Of a stretch of DNA of 64,000 bases, positions 1 to 12,548 are shown in pieces. The notes beneath the pieces are model-generated. The model was not told where the DNA came from. It saw only the letters and a list, made by a program, of their open reading frames with translations, and made no database searches. Position 1 is the stretch's first letter. Every line of letters begins with the position of its first letter. This DNA is from Eukaryota sp. GEM-RC1 (Eukaryota): the NCBI GenBank assembly GCA_040285855.1, contig JAUFOQ010000005.1:2480001-2544000 (forward strand). Reading direction: 5' to 3'. The position numbers and the translations under genes were made by a program.

Positions 1-526
1 ATTCAGTATAATTTTCCAAATTGATTGTTGATTCATTCTTAAATCTAAACCTATATATAATATGAGATATTTTTCCATTTCTAATACTTACAGTAAGCTT
101 AGTTCTATCTAGAATGGGAATATTGTAAATATTTTCATCCCTATATATTATATTAAAGAACCGCAACAAATCATTAGAATCATCAGATACAGAGACATCA
201 ATATTATCTATATATGGAAGATGAATTTCTGGATAATCAATAAGACGTACGTGAAATTTTAATTTATTCATATTTAATTGTTCTGCGATTTTATAAAATT
301 TATCCAAAGTTTCTATACCTTCCACTTCCCAATCACCTTCATCTTCTTTTAGTTCTAACTCGAAAACATCATCAATCTCTAATGTTAATAATTTTTGTCA
401 AATAATAATGGTAAAGTTTCTTCATCATAATTTACAATAACAATTGTATCTATGTATAAATTTTTATATGTCTTGAAATTCTCATAATGATACTCAAAAG
501 ACGCATAGTTCCAATTTTTAATAAAA

Positions 527-1240
527 ATGAAGATTCAAGTTTATTCTGATTTGCATTTAGAATATCATCCAGCATTGTTTTATATTCCTAGACTTTGTGA
601 TTATTTGTTTATTGCTGGTGATGTTGGTAAATGTCACACTAAAGGATTTAGAAGATTCATTGGATTTGCTAGTCAGAAATTCAAACAAGTGTTTATTGTA
701 TTAGGAAATCATGACTTGTCAGATAAGATTGAAAACTATCAAGATATAACTCTGAAATATAAACAATATAAAACATTCATATTCTCCAAAAAGAAACTTA
801 TCAATTAGGAGAATATTTAATTGCTGGTTGTACATTATTCTCACAAGCTCATCCCGATATAGTTAAAAGAGTTAGTGATTTCAAATGTATTCGCGATGGA
901 GAAAATCGAATAACTACTGAGAAATATTGTGAGTTAAACAATGAGCATACAGCTTGGCTAAAAGATGTTGTTGAGAATAATCAAGATAAAAGATTATTAT
1001 TCTAACTCATTGGCCATTAATCAGAGAAGGAACAGCATCCCCTGAATTTGACAATGACATTGAAATTATGAAGATTTACTTTGGAAATGATATCCATTTT
1101 CAACATGAGAATTTGACTTCAATCTTTGGGCATACTCATTATAGTACGACATTCACAAGAGACAACGTAAGATACATCTCAAATGCTGTGGGATTTAAAG
1201 ATGAAGGAATTTTCTATAGAGATTTTGTTTTGATGTATAA
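527..1240 (+). pseudogene. Calcineurin-like metallophosphoesterase, frameshifted
   Basis: Motifs SDLHLE, AGDVG, LGNHD and FGHTH..SNAVG spread over several frames; TAA at 1238-1240 after restoring a T-run. Confidence 0.85.
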
Positions 1241-1262
1241 AAATGAATTTTATTTTTATAAA

Positions 1263-1538
1263 ATGATTGTTACGCATTTTGAATATGGATATATGATAAC
1301 CGATATTGTCCCAATTTATAAAGTTAAAGGAACAAAGGTATCAATCAATGATACTTGGATTAAATATTTAGACATTAGAAATACTGATATAGAAGAATTA
1401 GATTGTTGTTGTAATAAACTTAAAACATTATTTTTAAATAATTTAAAATATCTAGATTGTTCATTTAATGAATTGAAAGAAGTTGATTTCCCAGATTCGT
1501 TAGAAGAATGTAATTGCGAATATAATAAATTCGAATGA
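1263..1538 (+). CDS. Short leucine-rich repeat protein
   Basis: ATG follows the shared motif at about 1240; repeats LEELDCCCNKL, LKYLDCSFNEL, LEECNCEYNKF. Confidence 0.7.
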   Translation: MIVTHFEYGYMITDIVPIYKVKGTKVSINDTWIKYLDIRNTDIEELDCCCNKLKTLFLNNLKYLDCSFNELKEVDFPDSLEECNCEYNKFE

Positions 1539-1559
1539 TAAAAGTGATTTTTTATAATA

Positions 1560-2086
1560 ATGTTAATCCCTAGTACTTTGCTTGTCGATGAAGGCAAAAT
1601 TGCTTTTACAATATTCCTGTCTATTATAGAAAAATCGGAAATGCCTATGAAGCTAAATATTACACTGAAGCTCATGATGTTGGATATGACAATCTAACAA
1701 AGCCTCCAAAAATTCCATCATTCTTCACAATTTCCATGGATGTGATTCAATCAAAATGCATGTAATGCCTGGAGATGGAATTATTCATTGGAATGATTTG
1801 TTGAAAATTTGCTCCCTCAAGCTCGAACTCACTATTACGTTTAGCGATACAATGGTCATCAAACACGCAGAAATGTATGAAAATACATTATCCCAATCAT
1901 TCTATCTTCTAAAGTGGTACAAGTGTACGTTAAAACTCCTGGAAAACATCTTTACCAAATCTGAATGTTAGAACTGATGGCCATCGATTCAGTATAACCA
2001 GAAATTCCGATCCTTTTGTTATTAAGAATCTGTCAAGTAGAAATGGAGCTATCTTAGATTTTAGGGTTTATTAATTTTCAATAAAC
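1560..2086 (+). pseudogene. Hypothetical protein, frameshifted
   Basis: ATG after AAAAGTGA motif; coding-like sequence over several frames; end approximate. Confidence 0.4.
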
Positions 2087-2103
2087 TAACTTTTTTTTAT
2101 GAA

Positions 2104-2460
2104 ATGATACAGAAAATTATACCAATATGTAGCTGTTTTGTATTCGTAATGATATTTGGAATGTTTTGTTATTCTTTATGTAATGATTTCTATACAAATA
2201 TAAAAACATTAAATGCTCACATGTCATTAAAGAAATCCAATTGCAAACAATATTATCTTGAAGCTAATTGTGAGAACACAACCATTCCAGAAATTATAAA
2301 ACATTGCATTGAATGGGAAAAATGTGTAAATGACGACAATCTCCAATTATCCAATGCTTATATAGAATTACTAACACATTCCTTGAATAAATTTATTGAC
2401 CAATTATCGACAAAATCTATTCTTGTATTATTGGGCTTGTTTATGTTGATGAAAGTTTAA
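2104..2460 (+). CDS. Brr6/Brl1-like nuclear envelope membrane protein
   Basis: N-terminal TM; luminal segment CKQYYLEANC-x4-P-x5-CIEWEKC (four-Cys Brr6/Brl1 pattern); amphipathic helix AYIELLTHSLNKFIDQL; C-terminal hydrophobic segment; ORF intact. Confidence 0.75.
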   Translation: MIQKIIPICSCFVFVMIFGMFCYSLCNDFYTNIKTLNAHMSLKKSNCKQYYLEANCENTTIPEIIKHCIEWEKCVNDDNLQLSNAYIELLTHSLNKFIDQLSTKSILVLLGLFMLMKV

Positions 2461-2488
2461 TAAAAATGATTTTTTTTATTTCAAAATG
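2461..2488 (+). promoter_or_regulatory. Representative copy of the conserved upstream motif AAAA(A/G)TGA-[T-rich]-AAATG
   Basis: About 35 copies in 1-30.4 kb; the T of TGA lies 17-19 nt before the ATG in the copies measured (2467/2486, 6676/6693, 7733/7750, 9474/9492, 13292/13310, 16108/16126, 17402/17420). Confidence 0.8.
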
Positions 2489-3222
2489 ACTAGAATTGAA
2501 GGTCAATATGGCTTTGTTGAGATTCATTCTAATCATGTTTTAAAAACTATCAAAATTAAGAATCCTAAAAATGAAGATGAAATATTCAATCGTAATTGTC
2601 AATTACAATGTTTATATAGAGAGATTTTCATCTATCAATATATTAAAAAAATGGAACAAACATTTAATGTGAAAATAACACCTGATGTTTCATTTATCTT
2701 TGATGATGATGGACTTCCACAAATAAAATTGGAACGAATGCCATGTGCATTACATGTACAATATACAAAAAAAAAGAATTAAAAATTTAATTAAAACATT
2801 GAAGATTCTATGGAGTTTTGGAATAATTCATTTTGATATTAAATTACAAAATATTTTATTCAAGGATGAACAGTTTTATCTGATTGATTTTGGATTTGCT
2901 TCTATATTCAAAAATGATATTTACTATTCTGCTTTAAATCAACTTTATCCATATAAGAAATTTAAAACAATCTGAATTAATTGCAATTATAGCAGAAATA
3001 TCTCAACTTTCTACATCATTGCCTGCTATAGATTTTAATTTTGAAAATAATAGATTAAATACTTTTACAAGTTTTAATATAACTCCAATTATAGAAAAAG
3101 TAATTGAAGTAGTATCAAATTTTAATGCATATATTAAATTCGATTTCGACATGTTGGTTGGATTTAATTCTTCTATCCAAATTCCAATTGTTGAATATTT
3201 GCTAAAAAATGAAATAAATTGA
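2486..3222 (+). pseudogene. Ser/Thr protein kinase, frameshifted
   Basis: VLK, REI, HFDIKLQN catalytic loop, LIDFG; frameshift in the A9 run at about 2767 and another near 2965. Confidence 0.8.
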
Positions 3223-3227
3223 AGAAA

Positions 3228-4488
3228 ATGTATAGATACGAAGAGATTGCTTACTATTGTGAAGACGATTATGGTGAATTTGATTCTAAAGATGTTGTTT
3301 ATGAATCATTAATCAGTCATCGATCAAGATTAGATACAGTAAAGACTGTAATGACTTCTATTCGTACTTCTCCTTATTTGATTTCCTTGAAAGCTTCACA
3401 ACATTTAACATCTATAATGGATTGTCCAATGTTGGAAGAACTTTATTTGAAAAAAATCTTTAGTTAAAACATTAGCAGGATTTCCATCACTAAAGAAGCT
3501 GACTGTGTTTTCCACACCTCTCGAATCTATCAAAGGGTGCCCAATGTTGGAAGAACTTGAGTTGGAAAATGACAAAATCAAATCATTGGAAGGATTTCCG
3601 TCATTGAAAAGGGTGAAATCTTGCTATTCCAATCTAGGATTTATCAAAGATTGTCCAGAATTAATGGAGTTGGATGTCAAATATACTCCCTTTATTATTG
3701 CATCTAATGTTCCAAAATTAAAATGGTTTATTTCAACCGGTACTAATTTGATTTCTATTCCAGAATCTGTTATAGATCTAGGATTATACAATTCTCATTT
3801 AACTAAATTTGAAAATACAAATTATCGTGTGCTCAAAATTCACGAGCCAACAAAGAATGTTATTGTTGCTAATGACTTGAGGATTGAAGCGTTGGAGATT
3901 GAAAATGGAATTTGTTCCATTTCAAATTTGCCAAATGTTAAACTCCTAACATTAACCAATGTATGTATTGAAAAATTGGAGAATTTACCAAAAGTCGAGC
4001 AATTGGTGATAAGGAATGTTTCACTTTATTCTTCGATTCGAGAATTATCAAAAATGAATTTGAGTAAACTTGAACTTCACATTAATTATCCAATTGCTCC
4101 CATTCTACCAACAATTGAATCACTCAAGTGTTTGAAATTTAATGCTCCCAGAATACAATTCGAAGAGCAACCAAATGTTATTATTTTAAATAATTGTAAT
4201 GACAAAGCCAAGACAATTGATTTGGATAAATTTCCAAGATTAGAAGAATTTGTAGGAACTAATGGTGGTGTCAAATTCTTGATAACTGATCGTAAATTAA
4301 AAATATGTGGATGTAAGATTATGAAATCCGCTTCATTTAAATATTCTACTGAAACTAAAGATGGATATCAATGTCCTATATGTTATGATGTAATATCCAA
4401 TGGAGGTGATTTAGATTGCCAACATTCATTTTGCGTAGATTGTTTGATCAATTGTAAATTAGAAGTTTGTCCTATTTGTAGGCAATAA
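3228..4488 (+). CDS. LRR protein with C-terminal RING finger (putative E3 ligase); one frameshift
   Basis: Repeats CPMLEEL/FPSLK; C-terminal CPIC..CQHSFCVDC..CPIC (C3HC4); frameshift in the A-run at about 3450. Confidence 0.85.
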
Positions 4489-4509
4489 AATGATTATTTT
4501 TTTATGAAA

Positions 4510-5219
4510 ATGTACGAACAAACAGGATTCAAACACATTTCAGTCAAGCCCATTAATTTGACTGACAAAGTTCATAATGAATTAGAATTCTTCAATGCAG
4601 TTGATCCAGAGAATCCATTCGAAAGTATTCTAAACATTCGTTTGCATTATAATGCATTCTTTCCAAATAAAGGTGTAACTTTGACAAGTAAGATCTTCAC
4701 TGAATTGTCTAAACTTGAATTGACTCATGGTAATGCAAAAGCAAAGCCTTTAAGAATCTTTAGAAAGGAATATGTTGGAAGAGAAATTGGAGTCTATGTA
4801 TATGATTTGCCTAAAGCTTACCCCACAGCATTAATGGAAATAACTAAGAATCCAAAGATTTTAGAAATTCAATCATTCTGTTTGATGCTTGCAAAATGTT
4901 TAATGACAAAACTATTTCATACATTCCCTTGCTCTATATGGAAAGATTGAATTGGAGCCTATATCAACAAGTAGTAACAAAAGTCACAACTATTATTATG
5001 GAATATCAAACTGATAACTACGTTGGTTCAATGGTTGATTCTGTAATGTATAGTGATGAAGTTTGTACTGGGCTGGCTCAATCTATTAAAAACATTGAGA
5101 ATTCTAAAAGATTCAAAAGTGTAGTTTATAGAAAATATTTTGTAAATGAAGATGGTTCGTATACTTTTACTGAAGATGGTATATTACACGAACCAAAATT
5201 GAAATTTAATATTATATAA
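4510..5219 (+). CDS. Hypothetical protein (one frameshift at about 4893)
   Basis: Two overlapping ORFs join by adding one A in GCAAAATG; upstream motif present. Confidence 0.6.
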
Positions 5220-5242
5220 AAAAGTGAATAAATGTTTAATAA

Positions 5243-5834
5243 ATGTTCCCAATTGATTTCGATAAGCGTGAGCAACTTATTATTTTGATGAAATTTCTCA
5301 TCAATATTATATAAAATATAAAGAAACGTTAGTTCCTTATATAAGTGCTACACAATATATAGATTTACATGATAAATTCAATGCTGATGAAATTGCTAAA
5401 AAGTAGTAACTTATAGAAATAGTAAATATTATGGAATGTCTGTAGATAATGTGAAAAAACTATGGAATGATAAAGAGAAGCTGGAATTGAATTTCATAAA
5501 ATGTAGAGAATTTTTATTCCCACGGAACAGAATTTCAACATTTAGGTTTTGAGAAATTTCATAGCGAAATTATTGATGGTCAAATATGTCCATGGAAAAT
5601 TGAAGCAAGAATGTTTAATGAAGATAAGCTTATTGCAGGGACTGTGGATTTTCTTGGTTTACAAGGAAGCGATGTAATAATGTTTGATTGGAAATTAGTA
5701 GAAAAGCCTAAACTTGAAAGATATAAAATTCAATTGACTTTATACGAAGAAATGTTGAATAAAAGTTTAATATTCCCAAAAAGAAGGGAGTAGTTTTGTT
5801 TAATGAAAATGATTATGAGATTTATTATCTATAA
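5243..5834 (+). pseudogene. PD-(D/E)xK nuclease (YqaJ/Cas4-like), multiple frameshifts
   Basis: FDEISHQY..ISATQYI, GIEFH, IAGTVD..MFDWK and YKIQLTLY across frames. Confidence 0.75.
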
Positions 5835-5858
5835 AAAAATGATTTTATTTTTTAATAA

Positions 5859-6089
5859 ATGAGAATCCACAATCATTATCCTAATAATTACAAAACCATT
5901 CACGATGGAAGGAAATGTAAAACCGAGAATCAATGGAAAAACTTTTTCTTGATATTGTCTGAGAAAATTCTGTTGGCAAATTCAAATGACACTATACATG
6001 TTATTTTCGAACCAAATATGATAATGCACTTTGATGATTGGGATGTTTATTTAATGTCCTGGTATAGTAATATCAGGAAATGTAATTGA
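5859..6089 (+). CDS. Small hypothetical protein
   Basis: Intact 76-aa ORF with upstream motif. Confidence 0.55.
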   Translation: MRIHNHYPNNYKTIHDGRKCKTENQWKNFFLILSEKILLANSNDTIHVIFEPNMIMHFDDWDVYLMSWYSNIRKCN

Positions 6090-6114
6090 ATAAAAATGAA
6101 TTTTTTAATTAAAA

Positions 6115-6438
6115 ATGTCTTTAGAATCTACCATGAAGAGTCTAGCATATTACACAAAATCAGAAGAATTTTGTTATGCGATTTCTGTGAGATATAGAAA
6201 TTTAGGTAATGAGTTGATAAATTTATATGAGGAAAAATTAAATGAATCATTACAATTGAATCATGGAAAAAAAATAAAAAATATCAATCTATATTATCGC
6301 ATACAAAAGATTTAGAAACAACTAAAAACGTTGCATTTGTGATGAATTTGCCCAAGCCAACAAGTTGGATAGATTGTTACAATAAAGTAGGAGAAAGTAA
6401 AATTCAGGAATTTAAATTTCAAAGATATAAAAAGTAGA
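6115..6438 (+). pseudogene. Hypothetical protein, frameshifted
   Basis: Upstream motif; coding continues in another frame after the A-run at about 6270. Confidence 0.45.
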
Positions 6439-6692
6439 TTTGAGTTTTTCATAAGCATCATTGCATACATATATTTCAATAGGTTTTGAAGAAATTGGTT
6501 GCTTTTTACATGTAGTAAATTATTATGATATTCATATATATTTCTTATTTTTCCATTAAATTAATAGACACATTTAAACCATGACCACTTATAAATTTAT
6601 TATTTTTATATTCAAAACAACAGAATGTCCATTAATTGGTTCTCTTGTTACATGATACATTTACAGGTGGAAAAATGATTTTTATCAATTAA

Positions 6693-6977
6693 ATGTCAAG
6701 AGCATATCAAATTTGGTCTATTCATGAAGAAAACGACTTAATGTCTTGTTTAAAATCTGGTCATCGATTAATTGATGTAACAAAGAAACTCAAACGGTCA
6801 AAAGGTGGTGTGATACTACGAATTGGTCAATTGATAATGAATGATAAATATTCAGCACATAAGAGATTGGCAGAACTTGATGATTTAAATTATGGCTCAG
6901 ATTCCGAAGAAGAATATGGATATACATCAGATGAATCTGATTTTGATTCTGAAGACGAACTTGATTTTAATTCATAA
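6693..6977 (+). CDS. Small Myb/HTH-like protein with acidic tail
   Basis: W-S-x-x-E-E-x-x-L ... KKLKRSKGGVILRI; paralog of 23139-23420. Confidence 0.6.
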   Translation: MSRAYQIWSIHEENDLMSCLKSGHRLIDVTKKLKRSKGGVILRIGQLIMNDKYSAHKRLAELDDLNYGSDSEEEYGYTSDESDFDSEDELDFNS

Positions 6978-7110
6978 AAGTGAATTATCATATTAAAAAA
7001 TGTTACCAAGATTCAATCATCATCATTGCTCAACTAAATATCAAGAATCGTTAAAAAAGTTAATTAGAATTATACGTAGATACTCATAAAAGTGATTTTT
7101 ATTTTTTGAA

Positions 7111-7380
7111 ATGAAATTTGAGATAATAACTGATAAAAATTTATATTAGATGAATCATATTTGCCATATTCAAAGCTAATGCAAGAAATGGTGAAGGAAA
7201 AAAATACAAAATTAAGTTAAACCATTATTCAGAATCAGTTGAAAATGCATCTATTTAATGGATATAATGAAATGGTTGAATTTTTTAAATGCTGATGAAT
7301 TCATGATTGAAACTGAAATTGGACATGAATTGACTAATTTTTCTTTGAATGAATTCATGTTGCTTAAATTTTTAGGATAG
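7111..7380 (+). pseudogene. Possible BTB/Skp1-like small protein, frameshifted
   Basis: Upstream motif; LDESYLPYSKLMQEMV ... LLKFLG; weak resemblance only. Confidence 0.3.
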
Positions 7381-7749
7381 AATATGTTTAATTTTCATAA
7401 AGGTTTTTATTTTCATAAAAGTGATTTTATTCCATGTAAATGTTGCAATATATCAAGGAAAACAAACTTGAAGAATTGGACGAATCCTGTTTTACATTAG
7501 AATTTATGAAGCTGTTTATTGAATATTATAATCTAGGAATGGAATGGTGTGAAGTTCGATTAACTTCAAAACAAGACTATATAAATTTAGTGAAACATTT
7601 AAATAAATAAATCATATTTCAATATTTGAAATGATATATTATTTTATCATTGGAATTTTAATTATTGGATATGGTATTCGCAAAGTTAGGAATAAAACTG
7701 TTGAAATTAGATATATGAATCCCTAAGAAAAATGATTTTTTTAGACTAA

Positions 7750-9080
7750 ATGACTTTCTACCTAAACCAACGAAATACCTCAGAATTGGAGTCTCATACT
7801 TCAATTTCTATTGAAGAGAATGGTTTGTTGTTGAATAGTTCTTTGAATTTTTCACACATTGAACATCTCGAAATACACTATGCTGGTATTGAATTCTTCC
7901 CTTCTGCTTCTTTTCCCAAACTTACTTTTCTAAATATTTCTCAGAATAATTTGGTTTCAATTCATTCACTTCCAAAATTAGAAACCTTATACATTTCTGA
8001 TAATCTTATCCAAAGTTTTGGTTATTTTCCTAGACTTACAAAGTTGATTGCTGGAAATTGTGGATTAGATGTACTCGGACCTGTTGAATGTTTTCCTAAA
8101 TTAGAATTTTTGGATCTTAATCGAAATCTATTTACTTTGCCTCCCAAATTTCCTAATTTGAGATATCTAAATCTCCAACGAAATCTAATTGATAATATCC
8201 ATGGTACTGATTTTCCAGAATTAGAAGAATTAAATCTTGACTTTAACCCACTCATGTACTTGCCTTCTTTTAGAAACTTATTATTCTGTACTGCTTGTTA
8301 TTGTCAAATTCATGTTGTTGATTCAAGTCCAAAATTACTAATGTTGGATCTCATTGAAAATGACCTTTATTCAATTCCAGTTTTTCCAAAACTTAAAACA
8401 TTGAATTTAAATGACAACAATTACTTAGATCAGCTTCCATTGTGTCCAGATTTAGAAGAACTTTCTATTGAGCGAACAAATGTTGTCTTTCTTCCTCAAT
8501 TAAATTCATTAAGAAGACTCTATGCTAATGGTACACGTATTGTTAATGTAGATTATTTTGTGGAATTGGAAGAATTGGAAATGGGTGATGATGTTATTAT
8601 TGTTAGTAATATTTATCACGATTCAGAGAATGTTCATGCTTCTTCAATTCAATCATCTTTGAGAGAATCTCTAAACTATCTAATCGCAAATTTTAGTGCG
8701 AATTTAGATATAATTCCCCAGACTTTGGTCATACTGAAGAATTGATTGGAATGAATTTGACAATAAGAGATGTTTATCGTCTAGTTATTGATAGAATTTC
8801 TCAATCAGAGCACGAAGCAGAAATCTTGAAAGTTTTAATCAAGGAAATTTATGAAGGAGAATGCTTATGTTTTATCGGATTAGTATCAAGAACGGTTAAT
8901 TCTTTAAGTGGATTTGACGACAATGTAAAATTGAACATTTCTGATAATGAACAAATATCAAATATTATCAGTGCTTTGAATTCTCAAGATAGATTGAGTA
9001 AAGAAAATTTGTTAGTTGAATTGCAAGACCGTAATATTTCGTCAGAAGTTATAGAAGCGTGGCTTCCTTATGTAGAATAA
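7750..9080 (+). CDS. LRR protein with conserved C-terminal helical domain (one frameshift at about 8720)
   Basis: About 12 LRRs, then DSENVHASSIQ...ECLCFIGLVSRTVNSLSGFD; paralog of 29045-30346. Confidence 0.85.
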
Positions 9081-9491
9081 ATTATTTTAGTAACTTATAT
9101 CACATCATATCACAACACAAACTCACAAAATATTTATGCATATATTGTATATTTATTTTTGAAATGACAACTTTCGTTACCATTTATCATCAAGTTACAT
9201 TTATCAAAAAGAATTGGCACGATTCGAGATTGAACTTCCAATGATTGATTCTTTATTAGAAAAAATGGATGAATATTTTAAAAATGAAGAAGTAACATTC
9301 AAACATCTAGATGTTGAAGAAAAAATTGAATCAATTGAAGATTTGTTTAAAAAGTAAATCTTGGATTTCTTTCAACTTGCTATCCAAAACAACTTAGAAG
9401 AGAATTTAATGGATTCATCTTGGAATTGCATACTCAATTTAGGGACATGATTGAAAAGAAGGAATAGAAAAAATGATTTTTTCAAACTAAA

Positions 9492-10046
9492 ATGATTGTC
9501 GTAAGATATTGTCCTAAATATTCTGCTAGGATAGTTGAAGCAATATCTAAAACTAGAAAGCTTCAATTAGGAGAACGAGATGGTATTTTTGATATTGAAG
9601 GATTGTTAAAGATGATACCATCAAATCACAAGATAGAGTATCTGAAAATATTCTATAATAGTCCATATCCAATGAACTCCTCCACGATTGAATTAATCAA
9701 CAAACTGAATATTAAAATCATAAAAATTCGAATCAAATTGCTAGAAATGTTTCGTGCTGAAGAAGATGCAAAATATTTATTGGATAATATTCCTAATTTG
9801 AAACGAGTAACTGTAAACTTTTATGATCGGGTTGGTATAGTTGTTAATAGAGATTGCACCAAGTTGATTGTGGAAAGTATGACAGAGACTTTGAGAATAT
9901 TCATGAATAATCCAACATTTATTCCATCTCATATTGTTTTAGGTCAACTTGGTAAAGAAGAAGAAGCTTTGTTGAAATGTTTTCCGAATGCAACCACGGA
10001 AACAATTGAAGACCATTTAAAAACTTGTGAAATTTGTAATAGATAA
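9492..10046 (+). CDS. Hypothetical protein, family A
   Basis: Intact 184 aa; shares LQLGE, HxIxYL and NPTFIPS with 12549-13077. Confidence 0.7.
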   Translation: MIVVRYCPKYSARIVEAISKTRKLQLGERDGIFDIEGLLKMIPSNHKIEYLKIFYNSPYPMNSSTIELINKLNIKIIKIRIKLLEMFRAEEDAKYLLDNIPNLKRVTVNFYDRVGIVVNRDCTKLIVESMTETLRIFMNNPTFIPSHIVLGQLGKEEEALLKCFPNATTETIEDHLKTCEICNR

Positions 10047-10263
10047 AACTTTTTTAAACAAATGGAAGAGCAAGTAAATGATGTGATTAAAAAGTTAATG
10101 AATCATTATTGACTAAATTTAATGAAAATCTAGAAGATTCAACATATTCTAATGTATTTAAATTAGTTTGTATAATATTTGTAATAACTATAGTAATGGC
10201 ATATTTAATTGAATTTATTTTCCCAAGAAACTTTATTACGAAAAATGATTATTCTATAACTAA

Positions 10264-10689
10264 ATGAATTGGTTGTGGGAAAATGTTGAATATAATTTAG
10301 CTCATCAAACAAAAAGTAATGGGTTCTTGTGCGAAAATATGATATGCGAATATCTACAACAGTTTGATTCTGGAGTTACTAGGAAATTTAAAAGTAAACC
10401 AAAACCAGATATTAGTACTCCAAATTACTTTTAGAAATTAAATCAATGAATTGGACTTCTATTGGTAGTGCTTGGGAAAAATTCTTGGATGTCCTATAAA
10501 GTATATTGATGTTGCAAAGGTTAAACCATTGAAAATTATTTTATGTGGACAATTACTAGATCTATGTAAAGGATATGTGATTGGAAATTTAAGTCCAGAA
10601 AGATTTGAATATATTGAATATTGTAAAAGTATAGGATAACATTCCACAGTGTTAAAGAATTGTATGATAACCCTGTAAATTTTATCTAA
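10264..10689 (+). pseudogene. Putative type II restriction endonuclease (PD-(D/E)xK), three 1-bp deletions; absent from the ORF track
   Basis: Reconstructed about 142 aa: GFLCEN...KPDISTPNYFLEIKSMNWTSIGSAWEKILGCPIKY...PLKIILCG; has its own upstream motif; directly precedes the MTase. Confidence 0.65.
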
Positions 10690-10711
10690 AAATGATTATT
10701 TTTTTATAGAA

Positions 10712-11462
10712 ATGAAACCATTTATTAAATGGGTTGGAGGTAAGAATAAAGAATTCAATCACATCAAACCTTATATCAAATTAAATTTCTCAACATATGT
10801 GGAACCATTTATTGGCGGTGGTGGATTTTTATTAAAAATATTAAATTATTTTAATGACAATTCATTCTATCCAAAAATAATCGTCAATGATATAAATCCA
10901 TATATAATAAATGCGTTCAAATTAGTCAAAGAATCTCCAATTTTAGATTTAATTGAAGGAAAAATGATAAAGAATCTTATTATGAAATAAGAAAACAATT
11001 CAATGAATCTAATGATTTATTGGAAAAGACTAAATTATTTATTTATTTAAACAAGCATGGATTTCGAGGATTATATCGAGTTAATTCTAAAACAAATTTA
11101 ACGTGCCATAAGGAAATTATAAAAATCCTAGTATGGATGAGAGAAATTTGATTGAGATTCATGATTTATTAAACAAGTTTGATATAGATTTTTATTGTGG
11201 TTCGTATGAAGATATTGTTATTCCAAATGATTCCCTGGTATATTTAGACCCACCTTATTACAAAACATATAATTCATATTCTGTTGATTTTAATCATGAG
11301 AAATTTAAATGCTATGCAACAAATGTATTTGATAATCATTATTGTCTAATGTCAAATAGTAATGAATTTGAATTTCCTAGTGATTATATTGAATATAATG
11401 TTTTAGAACGTATTAATTCTAAAAACCAAATAATAAAAGAATAGAAAGATTATTCTTTTAAA
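10712..11462 (+). pseudogene. dam: DNA adenine methyltransferase, Dam/D12 class; frameshifts plus one nonsense codon
   Basis: KPFIKWVGGK, YVEPFIGGG, NDIN, YLNKHGFRGLYRVN, NVP*G (TAA 11109-11111), YLDPPY. Confidence 0.9.
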
Positions 11463-11690
11463 AAAATGACTTTTTTTTCATCTAAATGTTACTCAATGAT
11501 GTATTGACAATGATAAAACCAGAAAGAATTCCTCTTGAAGAATTCCTTGATAAAGAATGACAATTCTTAATTACAGAAGAACATGATTGTTCAAAAATGT
11601 AATTGGTGATTCTGAAAAATAATTCCAATTCCAAATGAAAATCATTGGGAATATTATTACAATATTTTTAAACCAAATGATTTTGATTCT

Positions 11691-12526
11691 TTGGTATTGA
11701 TTGTATTTAATGAATTAAATGGAATTAGAAAGAAATACAAGCCAAGTTTTCAATGTTGTATTTGTAAAGAAACATTGACTATGCCTACTAATTCGTGGGT
11801 ATGGAGAGATTGTCCTAATTGTGAATCAATTGAAATTTGTGTATATTGTATTCGTGATCGATTAGATTTAAACAATAAGGGGAAAGATGGAAATTATCAT
11901 AGCGTATTAGAACGATACGAGTTGATTTTATTTCAATTCAGTCCAAAATATACAATATATACATATAAAAATCTATACATATATGATTACAATGATACAT
12001 TAAATAATTTAGAAGGAGATTTTACTAGACACATTGCCAAGAAACTTTATTTACTTAATCCTCGATTTCGAAATAATAAACGATTTTGTGAAATTCCTAT
12101 TAAAGAAAATCACATCTTAATTTCAAGTTTTGTTCATTTAGAGATGATGCTGAATTTGCTAGATTAGTGGTTAATATACATCAATGAGAATTTTTGGTTG
12201 GTTTTCGCATAGATTGCGAGATGATTATAGAATTTGCATGACTGTTGTTCTAAAACATTTATATAATTATCAATGGTGTTCTAATAGAATAAGGGATGAT
12301 GAAGAATTTTTCAAAAAGTACGAACTGCTAACAAATCTAGACAGATATCAATTATCAGACATTGTTCTAATCGATTATTAAATGACATTGATTTTTGTAA
12401 ATTTGCATATTCGCATGATGTGAAGAATGGTATATATTTTCAAACGAAGTAGAATATAGATTAGGGATTAAGAAATTATATATACATGCAATGTATGATG
12501 TTGATGGAGATGAAGTTGAAATATAA
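11691..12526 (+). pseudogene. Cys-rich zinc-binding domain plus DUF4116-like repeats, frameshifted
   Basis: CCIC..CPNC..CVYC, then SHRLRDD/SNRIRDDEEF repeats; start may be upstream (ATG 11486). Confidence 0.55.
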
Positions 12527-12548
12527 AAATGATTATTTTTGTATATAA

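Noticed and set aside
1068..1538. ORF-track fusions and extensions (1068-1538, 25682-26431, 27239-28015, 30362-30823)
   Set aside because: They read through the upstream motif or across the virus/retro junction; these are separate genes.
5243..5834. Cas4-like nuclease as part of a CRISPR or MIMIVIRE-like system
   Set aside because: No array, helicase partner or internal repeats nearby; stand-alone nucleases of this type are common in large viruses.
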